The notes below the pieces were generated by a model. That model saw only the letters and a program-made list of their open reading frames with translations. It searched no databases and was not told the origin of the DNA. 64,000 nucleotides of DNA, from contig JAEYNH010000207.1 in assembly GCA_023412655.1 (NCBI GenBank), positions 2,964 to 66,963 of the forward strand. The letters are read 5' to 3'. A program made the translations under genes and the position numbers. Numbering within the stretch: the first letter of the stretch is position 1; each line of letters opens with the position of its first letter. This DNA is from Pseudomonadota bacterium. GTDB taxonomy: Bacteria; Pseudomonadota; Alphaproteobacteria; Caulobacterales; Caulobacteraceae. Shown here piece by piece: positions 11,783-21,930 of the stretch.

Positions 11783-12759
11783 AGCTCGCCGCGCAGGACC
11801 TGGGCGAACTGTTCGGGATCCACATTGCCGCCCGACAGCAGCAGGGCCACGGTCTCGCCGGGCCTTGCCGGCAGCTTGGACGCCAGCAGGGCCGCAAGGC
11901 TCACCGCCCCGCCCGGCTCCACCACCAGCTTGAGCGTCGAGAAGGCGTAGCGCATGGCCTCCGTCACCTCGGCGTCGGTGACGGTGATCACCGACGACAG
12001 GGTGCGCCGCATGATCGGGAAGGTGATCTCGCCCACGAACGGGCTCTCCAGGGCGTCGCACAGCGACCGGCCGGTCGCCTTCTGAACCACGATCTCGCCG
12101 CGCTCGAGGGACTTGGCGGCGTCGTCGAAGCCGGCCGGCTCGACGCCCACGATCCGGGTGTCCGGCGACAGGTGCTTCACCGCGGTTCCCAGGCCGGCGA
12201 TCAGCCCGCCGCCGCTGATCCCCGTCGCCACCAGGTCCAGCCGGGCGCCCAGGGCGCTCGCCTGCCGGACCAGCTCCAGCCCGGCCGTCCCCTGGCCGGC
12301 GACGATATGCGGGTCGTCGAAGGCCGGGACCACCACGGCACCGCGCTCCTGGGAGATTCTGGTGGCGATGGCCTCGCGGCTCTCGGTCAGCCGGTCGTAG
12401 AACAGCACCTCGGCGCCGTAGCCCCGGGTGGCCGCCACCTTCACGGCGGGAGCGTCCCTGGGCATGACGATCACCGCCGGGACGCCCAGCAGCTTCGCCG
12501 CCAGCGCCACGCCCTGGGCATGGTTGCCGGACGAGAAGGCCACCACACCCCGGCGCCGCTCATCCTCCGTGAGCTGGACCAGGCGGTTGTAGGCGCCGCG
12601 GAACTTGAAGGCGCCCACCCGCTGCAGGGTCTCGGGCTTGATCAGCACCCGCAGGCCGGTGCGCTCGTTCAGCGCCGGGCTCTCGACCAGCGGGGTCTCG
12701 ATGGCGACGCCCTTAAGTCGCTCCGCGGCGGCCTCGATGTCCCGGAAGCTGACGCTCAC
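11779..12759 (-). CDS. PLP-dependent threonine/serine dehydratase (no ACT domain)
   Basis: C-terminal 326 codons of track ORF 11779..13440. GTG at 12759 ([17 protein letters not shown]...) overlaps the upstream stop (GTGA). Motifs FKFRGA (PLP Lys) and SSGNHAQG. Confidence 0.8.
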   Translation of the reverse strand: MSVSFRDIEAAAERLKGVAIETPLVESPALNERTGLRVLIKPETLQRVGAFKFRGAYNRLVQLTEDERRRGVVAFSSGNHAQGVALAAKLLGVPAVIVMPRDAPAVKVAATRGYGAEVLFYDRLTESREAIATRISQERGAVVVPAFDDPHIVAGQGTAGLELVRQASALGARLDLVATGISGGGLIAGLGTAVKHLSPDTRIVGVEPAGFDDAAKSLERGEIVVQKATGRSLCDALESPFVGEITFPIMRRTLSSVITVTDAEVTEAMRYAFSTLKLVVEPGGAVSLAALLASKLPARPGETVALLLSGGNVDPEQFAQVLRGEL

Positions 12760-13175
12760 CGCGCGAACACCATGGCGTCGTCGGCGAAGGCCTTGAACTC
12801 CAGGGCGTTGCCGGAGGGGTCGAGGAAGAACATGGTCGCCTGCTCTCCGGGCTGCCCCTTGAAGCGGATCTGCGGGGAGATGACGAACTCCACCCCCGCC
12901 GCCTGCAGCCGCTCGGCCAGTTCGTGCCAGTCGGGCAGGGACAGGATGACGCCGAAGTGGCGCACCGGCACGTCCTCGCCGTCCACCGGATTGGTGGCGC
13001 GGCGCCCGATCTCGTCCGGCGCGAGGTGGGCGACGATCTGATGTCCGTGGAAATCGAAGTCGATCCACTCGGGGCTGGAGCGACCCTCCGGGCAGCCCAG
13101 CAGGCCGCCGTAGAACGCCCGGGCCTCCTCCAGGTCGCGGACGGGGAAGGCCAGGTGGAAGCGCGGGATGTCCAT
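12756..13175 (-). CDS. VOC (glyoxalase/dioxygenase) family protein
   Basis: ATG 13175 gives [27 protein letters not shown]..., a typical VOC N-terminus. 139 aa. Confidence 0.75.
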   Translation of the reverse strand: MDIPRFHLAFPVRDLEEARAFYGGLLGCPEGRSSPEWIDFDFHGHQIVAHLAPDEIGRRATNPVDGEDVPVRHFGVILSLPDWHELAERLQAAGVEFVISPQIRFKGQPGEQATMFFLDPSGNALEFKAFADDAMVFAR

Positions 13176-13315
13176 GATCGCCTGATAACGCCGGGGCGCC
13201 TTGAGGGCGAGGGCCACTTGGTCTAAACGGGCGCCGCAATCGATCCCCGCCTCCCCGCCGAGCACCTGTCGAAGGGCCGGGAGGCGTCAGCCTGGCAGGT
13301 GGAAGGATCGTACCC

Positions 13316-14602
<1,287 letters not shown>

Positions 14603-14683
14603 GAAAGCACCCCGCGGGGCGGGGCCGATTCGGGGTTCGTTTACGCAAGGGGTCGTATCGAACGGAGCCGGGAGAGGGTTTCC

Positions 14684-15493
14684 GTGTTCGACGACGACAA
14701 GAGAACGATCCGGCGGATGGCCCCGCACCTCCAGCGGGTGCTGATCGTCGATCCGCAGCCGACCAGCGCGGCCATGGTGGGCGAGGCGATGCGCAACATC
14801 GCCCGTTCCCAGACTTGGATCGCAACCACTCCCGAGCGCGGCCTGAAGCTGTGCGAGACGATCGATCCGCAGGTCGTCTTCGTCGAGCTGATGTTCGAGA
14901 AGATGAGCGGGGTCGACTTCACCAAGCGTCTGCGCCGAAGCCGCTCCCAGGCCCGGCAGGCGCCGGTGATCATGGTGACCAGCACGGCCACCGCGGCCAG
15001 CATCCTCGCGGCCCGCGACGCAGGGGTTCACGAATTCCTGCGGCGGCCCTTCACCATGAAGGACCTGCTACGGCGGCTGGAAGCGGTGACGCTGCGCCAG
15101 CGCGACTGGATCGAGGCGGTGGGCTACGTCGGCCCCGACCGGCGCCGGTTCAATTCAGGCGACTACACGGGGCCGCTGAAGCGCCGCTCGGATAACCGCG
15201 CGACGCCCGATGCGGCGCGGCTCGCCCAGGCGCTCAAGATCCTGCGCTCGGCGGTGGCCTCGTTCGACAGCGACCCGTCCCAGGCCACCCGGGCCATCGA
15301 GACCCAGGTGCAGTCGATCCAGAAGGCGGCCACGGCGGCGGCGGATCTCAAGCTCACCACGGCGGCGGCCGAGCTCGCCCGCTACATCGTGCTGTCGCGC
15401 AAGATGGGCGTGGCGCTCACCGCCGCCGAGGTGGCGAAGCACGCCGCCGCCCTCCTGGCCTATATGCCGAAGGACGACGCGGCGGCGGCCTGA
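14684..15493 (+). CDS. Atypical (aspartate-less) receiver-domain protein with helical C-terminal domain
   Basis: 269 aa with a CheY-like fold pattern. The phospho-acceptor position reads VVFVELMF (Glu instead of Asp), DD is DP, and the conserved Lys is Arg (FLRRPF). T is retained (VIMVTS). GTG start; alternative ATG at 14717. Confidence 0.7.
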   Translation: MFDDDKRTIRRMAPHLQRVLIVDPQPTSAAMVGEAMRNIARSQTWIATTPERGLKLCETIDPQVVFVELMFEKMSGVDFTKRLRRSRSQARQAPVIMVTSTATAASILAARDAGVHEFLRRPFTMKDLLRRLEAVTLRQRDWIEAVGYVGPDRRRFNSGDYTGPLKRRSDNRATPDAARLAQALKILRSAVASFDSDPSQATRAIETQVQSIQKAATAAADLKLTTAAAELARYIVLSRKMGVALTAAEVAKHAAALLAYMPKDDAAAA

Positions 15494-15500
15494 GGGCCCT

Positions 15501-16388
15501 TTAGGCGTCGACCAGGTTCCGCTCTTCGGCGGCGGCGCGCATCGACTTCTGCAGCTTCTCGAAGGCGCGCACCTCGATCTGGCGCACCCGCTCACGGCTG
15601 ACGCCGTATTGCGAGGCGAGTTCCTCGAGGGTCGTGGGCTCGTCCTTGAGGCGCCGCTCGGTGAGGATGTGGCGCTCGCGGTCGGTGAGCTCGGTCATCG
15701 CCTCTTCGAGCAGGCTCATGCGCAGGTTCTTCTCCTGCGTGTCGGCGACGATGCTCTCCTGGCTGGGGGTGTCTTCGTCCACCAGCCAGTCCTGCCACTC
15801 GGCCTCGGAGTCGGCCCGCAGGGGCGAGTTGAGCGAGGCGTCCCCACCCGACAGGCGCCGGTTCATGGAGATGACCTCTTCGTCCAGCACGCCGAGCTTG
15901 GTGGCGATCTGGCTCACCTGGTCCGGGCGGAGGTCGCCTTCCTGCAGGGCGGCGATCTCGGACTTGGCCTTGCGCAGGTTGAAGAACAGCTTCTTCTGCG
16001 CCGCCGTGGTGCCCATCTTCACCAGGCTCCAGGACCGCAGGATGTATTCCTGGATCGAGGCCCGGATCCACCACATGGCGTAGGTCGCCAGGCGGAAGCC
16101 CTTGTCGGGGTCGAACTTCTTCACCGCCTGCATCAGGCCGACGTTGCCCTCGGAGATCACCTCGCCGATGGGCAGGCCATAGCCGCGATAGCCCATGGCG
16201 ATCTTGGCCACGAGGCGCAGGTGGCTGGTCACGAGGCGGTGCGCCGCCTCGGGGTCCTGGTGCTCGGTCCACCGCTTGGCCAGCATGAACTCCTCGTCCT
16301 TGGCCAGCATGGGGAACTTGCGGATTTCCGAAAGATACCGGCTGAGGCCGCCTTCCGGCGACATCACGGCAAGCGCGTTCGCGGCCAT
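15501..16388 (-). CDS. rpoH: RNA polymerase sigma-32 (heat-shock sigma factor)
   Basis: 295 aa. Sigma-70 regions 2-4 plus the RpoH box (TAAQKKLFFNLRKAKSEI). Confidence 0.95.
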   Translation of the reverse strand: MAANALAVMSPEGGLSRYLSEIRKFPMLAKDEEFMLAKRWTEHQDPEAAHRLVTSHLRLVAKIAMGYRGYGLPIGEVISEGNVGLMQAVKKFDPDKGFRLATYAMWWIRASIQEYILRSWSLVKMGTTAAQKKLFFNLRKAKSEIAALQEGDLRPDQVSQIATKLGVLDEEVISMNRRLSGGDASLNSPLRADSEAEWQDWLVDEDTPSQESIVADTQEKNLRMSLLEEAMTELTDRERHILTERRLKDEPTTLEELASQYGVSRERVRQIEVRAFEKLQKSMRAAAEERNLVDA

Positions 16389-16723
16389 GGTAAAATCCCC
16401 TTTTCCACCGGACGTTCAGGCCGCGCGCCAACCCGACGCGCAAAGGACCAACACCCCATCCAACCATTCAGATAAGTACGAGGTTGCGGTGACGCTAGGT
16501 CGCGGGAGGACGACCTGAATGTCCGACTGCTCTAGTGGGGCATTTTCTACGCCCCCACCATGGCGCCATCAAGGCAGGGTTTCTCACACCTGCTGTTAGC
16601 TCGGCTTGCAGGCCAGGGGCCCCTGGTGTCGGGAGCTGGCCGGCCCGTTCGTCCTCAGGCCAGATGACGGCGCCTCGTCCACCTAGATGGGGCGTCGCGG
16701 GCTCCAGCGGAAGGGACGGGAAC

Positions 16724-17203
16724 ATGCCCAGGATCACCAACTGCCTTTGGTTCGACCGCCAGGCCGAAGAGGCCGCCGAGTTCTATTGCGGCGTGTTCCC
16801 GAATTCGCGCATCAGCAAGGTCGCGCGCTATCCCGACAGCATGGGCGGCGAGCGCGCCGGGACCGTGATGACCGTGGAGTTCGAACTGGACGGAGCCCCG
16901 TTCGTGGGTCTCAACGGCGGACCGGAGTTCAAGTTCGATGAGGCGGTCAGCTTCCAGATCGACTGTCAGGATCAGGCCGAGGTCGACCACTACTGGAACG
17001 GCCTGCTCGCAGGCGGCGGCCGGGAAAGCCAGTGTGGCTGGCTGACCGACCGCTTCGGCCTGTCCTGGCAGGTGGTGCCGCGCCAGCTCATCGAACTCAC
17101 CACGGGCCCTGATCGAGCCAAGGCCTCCCGGGTGTTCGCGGCGATGATGCAGATGGTCAAGCTGGACGTCGCCCAGCTCGAGGCCGCCGCCGCGGCGGCC
17201 TAG
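16724..17203 (+). CDS. VOC-superfamily protein (PhnB / 3-demethylubiquinone-9 3-methyltransferase-like domain)
   Basis: ATG 16724 gives MPRITNCLWFDRQAEEAAEFYCGVFPNSRI..., characteristic of this family. The N-terminal extension in the track ORF looks non-coding. Confidence 0.8.
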   Translation: MPRITNCLWFDRQAEEAAEFYCGVFPNSRISKVARYPDSMGGERAGTVMTVEFELDGAPFVGLNGGPEFKFDEAVSFQIDCQDQAEVDHYWNGLLAGGGRESQCGWLTDRFGLSWQVVPRQLIELTTGPDRAKASRVFAAMMQMVKLDVAQLEAAAAAA

Positions 17204-18216
17204 AGCCGCTCCAGCAGCCCCTCGAGCCTGGCCATGTCCTCGGGCAGGGGGCTTTCGAAGCGCATGGCCTCGCCGGTGATCGGATGGACGAACCCCAGCA
17301 CCGCCGCGTGCAGGGCCTGGCGGTAGAGGCCGGCCTCGCGGATGGCGGCGCGGACGGCTTCGGCCGGCGGGCCCGAGCCATAGGTGGGATCGCCCAGGCA
17401 GGGCGAGCCCTTGGAGGCGAGGTGCACCCGGATCTGGTGGGTGCGGCCGGTTTCCAGCCGGCACGCCACCCGGCCGGCCAGCGGCCGCTCCTCGGGCCCG
17501 AACACGCGCTCCACCAGATAATGGGTGACGGCGTGCCGGCCGCCGCTCTTCACCATCGCCATCTTCTTGCGGTCGTGGGTGGAGCGGGCGATGGCGCCCT
17601 CAATGGTCCCCCGCCGGGGGCTGGGCGCGCCCCGCGTGAGGGCGATGTACATCCGCTCGATGTCGTGGGCCGCGAACAGGGCCGACAGGCCCTGGTGGGC
17701 CGCGTCGGTCTTGGCCACCACCACGACGCCCGAGGTCTCCTTGTCGATCCGGTGGACGATGCCCGGCCGCGCTACCCCGCCGATGCCCGACAGGCTGTCG
17801 CCGCAGTGATGCAGCAGGGCGTTGACCAGGGTGCCGCTCTCGCTGCCCGGGGCCGGATGCATGGCCAGGCCCGGCGGCTTGTCGATGACGATCAGATGTT
17901 CGTCCTCGAACAGCACCTTCAGCGGGATCGCCTCGGGCTGCGGCTCGGCGGGCTCGGGCGGCGGCACGGCCACGGTGTAGGCGCCGGTGCGGGCCTTGGC
18001 CTTGGCGTCGGTCACCGCCACCCCGTCGAACACCACCTGGCCGGCGGCGATCAGGGCCTGCAGCCGCGCCCGCGAGAGATCGGGCAGCAGGGCGGCGAGC
18101 ACCTTGTCGATGCGCTCGCCGGCCACGGCCTCGGGCGCCTCGACGGTGCGCAGCTCGCCGCTGAGGTCTCCGGCGTCCGCGACCTCGCCGATCTCCCCGA
18201 CGTCCTCAGAGGCCAT
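17200..18216 (-). CDS. RluA-family 23S rRNA pseudouridine synthase (RluD-like, S4 domain)
   Basis: 338 aa. S4-like N-terminus (ERIDKVLAALLPDLSRARLQALI). Catalytic motif HRIDKETSGVVVVAK. Confidence 0.85.
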   Translation of the reverse strand: MASEDVGEIGEVADAGDLSGELRTVEAPEAVAGERIDKVLAALLPDLSRARLQALIAAGQVVFDGVAVTDAKAKARTGAYTVAVPPPEPAEPQPEAIPLKVLFEDEHLIVIDKPPGLAMHPAPGSESGTLVNALLHHCGDSLSGIGGVARPGIVHRIDKETSGVVVVAKTDAAHQGLSALFAAHDIERMYIALTRGAPSPRRGTIEGAIARSTHDRKKMAMVKSGGRHAVTHYLVERVFGPEERPLAGRVACRLETGRTHQIRVHLASKGSPCLGDPTYGSGPPAEAVRAAIREAGLYRQALHAAVLGFVHPITGEAMRFESPLPEDMARLEGLLERL

Positions 18217-18523
18217 GCTTCTCGCTGGCGCCTTCCTCGTGCCCGGCGATGGAGCCGTCCTTGAACAGATATTCGCGCAACTGCTCGTCCGCCTCCTGGT
18301 CGTTGCGGCGCAGCCATTCCAGCACCATGGCCGCGTGCTCCAGCTCCTCGCGGGCGTTATGCAGCAGGATCTTCTTCAGTTCCTCGTCGTCGCAGTCGTC
18401 GGCACGCTGGCGGTACCAGTCCACGGCCTCCAGCTCCTCGATGATCGAGGTGATGGCGTAGTGCTTGTTGAGGGTGTCGCGCGACAGTTTCTCGCGCGGA
18501 ACGTGAAGGCCTTCACTCGACAT
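18206..18523 (-). CDS. Encapsulated-ferritin (EncFtn)-like ferritin-like protein, lacking a cargo-targeting peptide
   Basis: 105 aa. EELEAVDWYRQR, NAREELEHAAMVLEWLRRND and YLF motifs match the EncFtn ferroxidase fold as I remember it from Rhodospirillum rubrum. AGGAG lies 11 nt upstream. The 3' end overlaps the rluD-like start by 11 nt. Confidence 0.75.
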   Translation of the reverse strand: MSSEGLHVPREKLSRDTLNKHYAITSIIEELEAVDWYRQRADDCDDEELKKILLHNAREELEHAAMVLEWLRRNDQEADEQLREYLFKDGSIAGHEEGASEKHGL

Positions 18524-18526
18524 GGA

Positions 18527-18544
18527 CTGTCATGCTCCTGTGGT
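18527..18544 (+). promoter_or_regulatory. Candidate Pho box (PhoB binding site) for phoD
   Basis: CTGTCAT-gctc-CTGTGGT: two 7-bp direct repeats with a 4-bp spacer. It sits 11 nt upstream of a TAATAC -10-like hexamer (18556-18561) and 45 nt upstream of the phoD ATG. Confidence 0.5.
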
Positions 18545-18588
18545 GTTGCGCCGACTAATACGTGGGCGGAGAGGCAGGGGGAACGCTG

Positions 18589-20247
18589 ATGAAGCTGGAT
18601 AGACGCAAAGCCCTGGCGCTGCTGGGGCTGGGGGCGGCGACGCCCATCTCGGCGCAAGCCAGCATACCGCTGCCCGACGGCGTGTTCCGTCACGGCGTGG
18701 CGAGCGGCGATCCGCTGCATGACCGCGTGGTGATCTGGACGCGGCTGACCCCGACCTCGGACGCCGGGGCGCCCATGCGAGTGGAATGGCAGGTGGAAGA
18801 CGCCGCTCGCCCAGGCCGCGCCGTCGCGCGCGGCGTCGCCACCACGGACGCTTCGCGCGATTTCACGGTCAAGGTGGACGTCACCGGGCTGAAGCCTGCG
18901 ACGGACTATGTCTATCGCTTCCGCGCCGGGGCGGTCTCCGCGGAAGGCCGCACGCGCACCCTGCCGAAGGGCTCCACCAAGGACGTGGTCCTGGCGGTGG
19001 CCTCCTGCACCCTCTACCCGAACGGCTACTTCAACGCCTACCGGGCCATCGCCGACCTGCCCCGGGTCGACGCGGTGCTGCACCTGGGCGACTACATCTA
19101 CGAATACGGCGGGCCGGGCAGCTACGGCATGAACTCGGCCGTCGCCGCCGAGCGCCCGCACGATCCGCCGAACGAGTGCGTCAGCCTGGCCGACTACCGG
19201 CGCCGCCACGCCCAGTACAAGGCCGATCCGGACCTGCAGGCGGCCCACGCCCGGGCGCCCTGGATCGTCGCCTGGGACGACCACGAGACGGCCAACGACA
19301 GCTGGCTGCACGGGGCCCAGAACCACCAGCCCGCCGACGAGGGCGACTGGGACGCCCGCAAGGCCGCCGCCCTGAAGGCCTATTACGAGTGGATGCCGAT
19401 CCGCGAGCCGCGGCCCGGCCAGGACCTGGTCTCGGCCACCGAGCGCGCCTTCCACTTCGGCGACCTCGCCAGCCTGATCATGGTGGAGACCCGGCTGGGC
19501 GCCCGCGATCGCCAGCTGACCCTCGAGGCCGACCTGCCGGTGGTGGACGGCAAGCCCGACGTGGCCGCCTTCCGCGCCAGGCTGAACGATCCCGCCCGCC
19601 GCATGATGGGCGAGCGGCAGGAGGGCTGGATCGCCGGCGAACTGGCACGCTCGGTCAAGGCCGGCCACGCCTGGCAGGTGATCGGCAACCAGGTGGTGAT
19701 GGCCAAGGTGGTCTCGCCGACGCGCAAGGACCTGTCGCCCGAGCAGCTCGCCAAGGCGACCCCCGCCGCGCTCGCCCGGCTGGACCGGCGCGCCCGGGCC
19801 GGCGAGCTCGGCCTGCCGGCGGCCCTCGACATGTGGGACGGCTATCCGGTGGATCGCGAGCGGCTCTACGCCCTGTTCCGCCAGACCGGCGCCCGGCCGG
19901 TGGTGCTGTCGGGCGACAGCCATTCGTTCTGGGCCAATGAGCTGCACGACGAGTCCGGCCGGCGGGTGGCGTGCGAGTTCGGGGCCACCGCCATCACCAG
20001 CCCCGGCGGCGGCGAGCTCTCACCGGGGGTGGACGCCGGCGAGCTGGTGGCCCTGGCCAGCCCCGAGGTGGTCTACAACAACCAGGTGGCCCGGGGCTTC
20101 ATCCTGCTGACCCTGACCCGGGAGGCGGCCAAGGCCGAGATGGTGGGCGTCTCCACCATCGTTGCGCGCGACTTCACAGCCGCGCCGGTGGCGAGCTTCC
20201 AGGTGACGCCGGAGGGGACGGGCGTGTCGAAGGTGGCGGCGCTCTAG
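18589..20247 (+). CDS. phoD: Alkaline phosphatase D family protein with Tat signal
   Basis: ATG 18589 gives MKLDRRKALALLGLGAATPISAQA (twin-Arg). This is followed by FRHGVASGDPLHDRVVIWTRL and the PhoD metallophosphatase domain. Confidence 0.9.
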   Translation: MKLDRRKALALLGLGAATPISAQASIPLPDGVFRHGVASGDPLHDRVVIWTRLTPTSDAGAPMRVEWQVEDAARPGRAVARGVATTDASRDFTVKVDVTGLKPATDYVYRFRAGAVSAEGRTRTLPKGSTKDVVLAVASCTLYPNGYFNAYRAIADLPRVDAVLHLGDYIYEYGGPGSYGMNSAVAAERPHDPPNECVSLADYRRRHAQYKADPDLQAAHARAPWIVAWDDHETANDSWLHGAQNHQPADEGDWDARKAAALKAYYEWMPIREPRPGQDLVSATERAFHFGDLASLIMVETRLGARDRQLTLEADLPVVDGKPDVAAFRARLNDPARRMMGERQEGWIAGELARSVKAGHAWQVIGNQVVMAKVVSPTRKDLSPEQLAKATPAALARLDRRARAGELGLPAALDMWDGYPVDRERLYALFRQTGARPVVLSGDSHSFWANELHDESGRRVACEFGATAITSPGGGELSPGVDAGELVALASPEVVYNNQVARGFILLTLTREAAKAEMVGVSTIVARDFTAAPVASFQVTPEGTGVSKVAAL

Positions 20248-20885
20248 CGCCGCTCCAGGGCCAAGCGCAGGCCGAACGCCAGGAAGACGCCGCCGGTCAG
20301 CCGGTCCAGCCACCGCACCACGCCAGGGCGGCGCAGGGCCTGGGCGATGGGCTGGGTGGCCGCGATCAGCGCCGCGAACCAGACCGCCGACATCAGCCCG
20401 TGCAGGGCGGCGAGGCCGAAGATGAACGGGCCGGCGGGCGCGCCCTGGGGCAGGAACTGCGGCAGGAAGCTCACGTAGAAGACGCCGACCTTGGGGTTCA
20501 GCAGGTTGGTCAGGAAGCCCCGGCGCATCCAGGCCATGCTCGAGCCGGCCAGGCCCGAACCGGCGGCGGCTGGGGCGCCGGCCACGTCGAACCGTTCGCG
20601 CGGCCGGAGGATCAGGTTCAGCGCCAGCCAGACGAGATAGGCCGCCCCGACCCACTTCAGGACGCTGAAGGCGAGCTGCGAGGCGGCGAACAGGGCGCCG
20701 AGGCCGAAGGCCGCCGCCGCGCCCCAGACGAGGCAGCCGGCGATGATTCCCGTCCCGGCGAGGGCCGCCCGCCTGGGCCCCTCGACGGCGGCGGTGCGCA
20801 GCACGAGGGCGGTGTCCAGCCCCGGCGTGACGGTGAGCAGCGCCGCGGCCGCCGAGAACGCCAGCAGGGCCTGGACGACCGTCAC
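20244..20885 (-). CDS. LysE/RhtB family amino-acid exporter
   Basis: GTG 20885 ([28 protein letters not shown]...) overlaps the hisI stop (GTGA). 213 aa, about 6 TM. The upstream part of track ORF 20244..21140 is an artefact. Confidence 0.8.
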   Translation of the reverse strand: MTVVQALLAFSAAAALLTVTPGLDTALVLRTAAVEGPRRAALAGTGIIAGCLVWGAAAAFGLGALFAASQLAFSVLKWVGAAYLVWLALNLILRPRERFDVAGAPAAAGSGLAGSSMAWMRRGFLTNLLNPKVGVFYVSFLPQFLPQGAPAGPFIFGLAALHGLMSAVWFAALIAATQPIAQALRRPGVVRWLDRLTGGVFLAFGLRLALERR

Positions 20886-21283
20886 GGGCGCTTCACCAGC
20901 TTGCCGTTCTCGATGGTGCGGTAGAAGCAGCTGGCCCGGCCGGTGTGGCAGGCGCCGCCGTCCCCCTGGGGCCAGACCTTCAGCCAGACCGCGTCCTGGT
21001 CGCAGTCGATGCGCATCTCCTCCAGGACCTGCACCTGGCCCGAGGTGGCGCCCTTGTGCCAGAGCTCCTGGCGCGAACGGCTCCAGTAGTGGGCCTCGCC
21101 CGTCTCCATGGTGCGGGTGAGGGCCTCGGCGTTCATCCACGCCAGCATCAGCACCTCGCCGGTCTCGGCGTGGGTGGCGACGGCGGCGATCAGGCCGTTC
21201 TCGTCGAAGCGGGGCGCGAGCTTGGCGCCCTCCTCGAGGAGCTTCTTGTCGGAGAGGGTGGGGAAGCCGGTGGATTGTGTCAT
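20882..21283 (-). CDS. hisI: Phosphoribosyl-AMP cyclohydrolase
   Basis: 133 aa. ...[41 protein letters not shown]...[11 protein letters not shown]...GACHTG are canonical HisI motifs. Confidence 0.93.
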   Translation of the reverse strand: MTQSTGFPTLSDKKLLEEGAKLAPRFDENGLIAAVATHAETGEVLMLAWMNAEALTRTMETGEAHYWSRSRQELWHKGATSGQVQVLEEMRIDCDQDAVWLKVWPQGDGGACHTGRASCFYRTIENGKLVKRP

Positions 21284-21300
21284 GGCTTCCCCTTAGCCCG

Positions 21301-21930
21301 CTACTTGCGGTTCACGAAGTCGAGGAAGCGCTGGCGCAGCGTCGGATCGGTCTTGAAGACCCCGGTGAACTGGGTGGTGATCGTCGAGACGTGGCGGTGG
21401 TGCACGCCCCGGGTGGTCATGCACTGGTGGGCCGCGTCGATCAGCACGGCGACGCCGGCCGGGCGCAGGCTGTCGGTGATGGCGTCGGCGATCTGCTGGG
21501 TCATGGTCTCCTGGGTCTGGAGACGGCGGGCGAAGATCTCGACCACCTTGGCCAGCTTGGAGATGCCCACCACCCGGTTGGTCGGCATGTAGGCCACATA
21601 GGCCTTGCCGAGGAACGGGGCCATGTGGTGCTCGCAGTGGCTCTCCACCTCGATGTCGCGCAGCATGACGATGTCGTCATAGCCCTGCACGTCCTCGAAG
21701 GTGCGCGACAGCTCCTTGGCCGGGTCGGCGCGATAGCCCTCGAACCATTCCTCATAGGCGTCCACCACGCGCTTGGGCGTGTCGATCACGCCTTCCCGGC
21801 GCGGGTCGTCGCCGGCCCAGGCGATCAGCGTGCGGACGGCCTCCATGGCCTCCTCGCGGGTGGGGCGCTTGACCGGTTCGAGGTTCTCGTCGGTCCCGAT
21901 CAGGGTCCGGTCGCGGGAAACGGCATCCAT
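21301..21930 (-). CDS. folE: GTP cyclohydrolase I
   Basis: 209 aa. Motifs SHCEHHMAPF and GV..LIDA.HQCMTTRGV. Confidence 0.95.
   Translation of the reverse strand: MDAVSRDRTLIGTDENLEPVKRPTREEAMEAVRTLIAWAGDDPRREGVIDTPKRVVDAYEEWFEGYRADPAKELSRTFEDVQGYDDIVMLRDIEVESHCEHHMAPFLGKAYVAYMPTNRVVGISKLAKVVEIFARRLQTQETMTQQIADAITDSLRPAGVAVLIDAAHQCMTTRGVHHRHVSTITTQFTGVFKTDPTLRQRFLDFVNRK

Noticed and set aside
7490-12061. A giant 1523-aa ORF on the minus strand.
   Set aside because: It lies antisense to the well-supported RND permease and neighbouring genes. Its composition is dominated by R/G/P/H/D runs with no recognisable domain. Stop-free antisense frames are expected when the sense strand has a strong GC3 bias.
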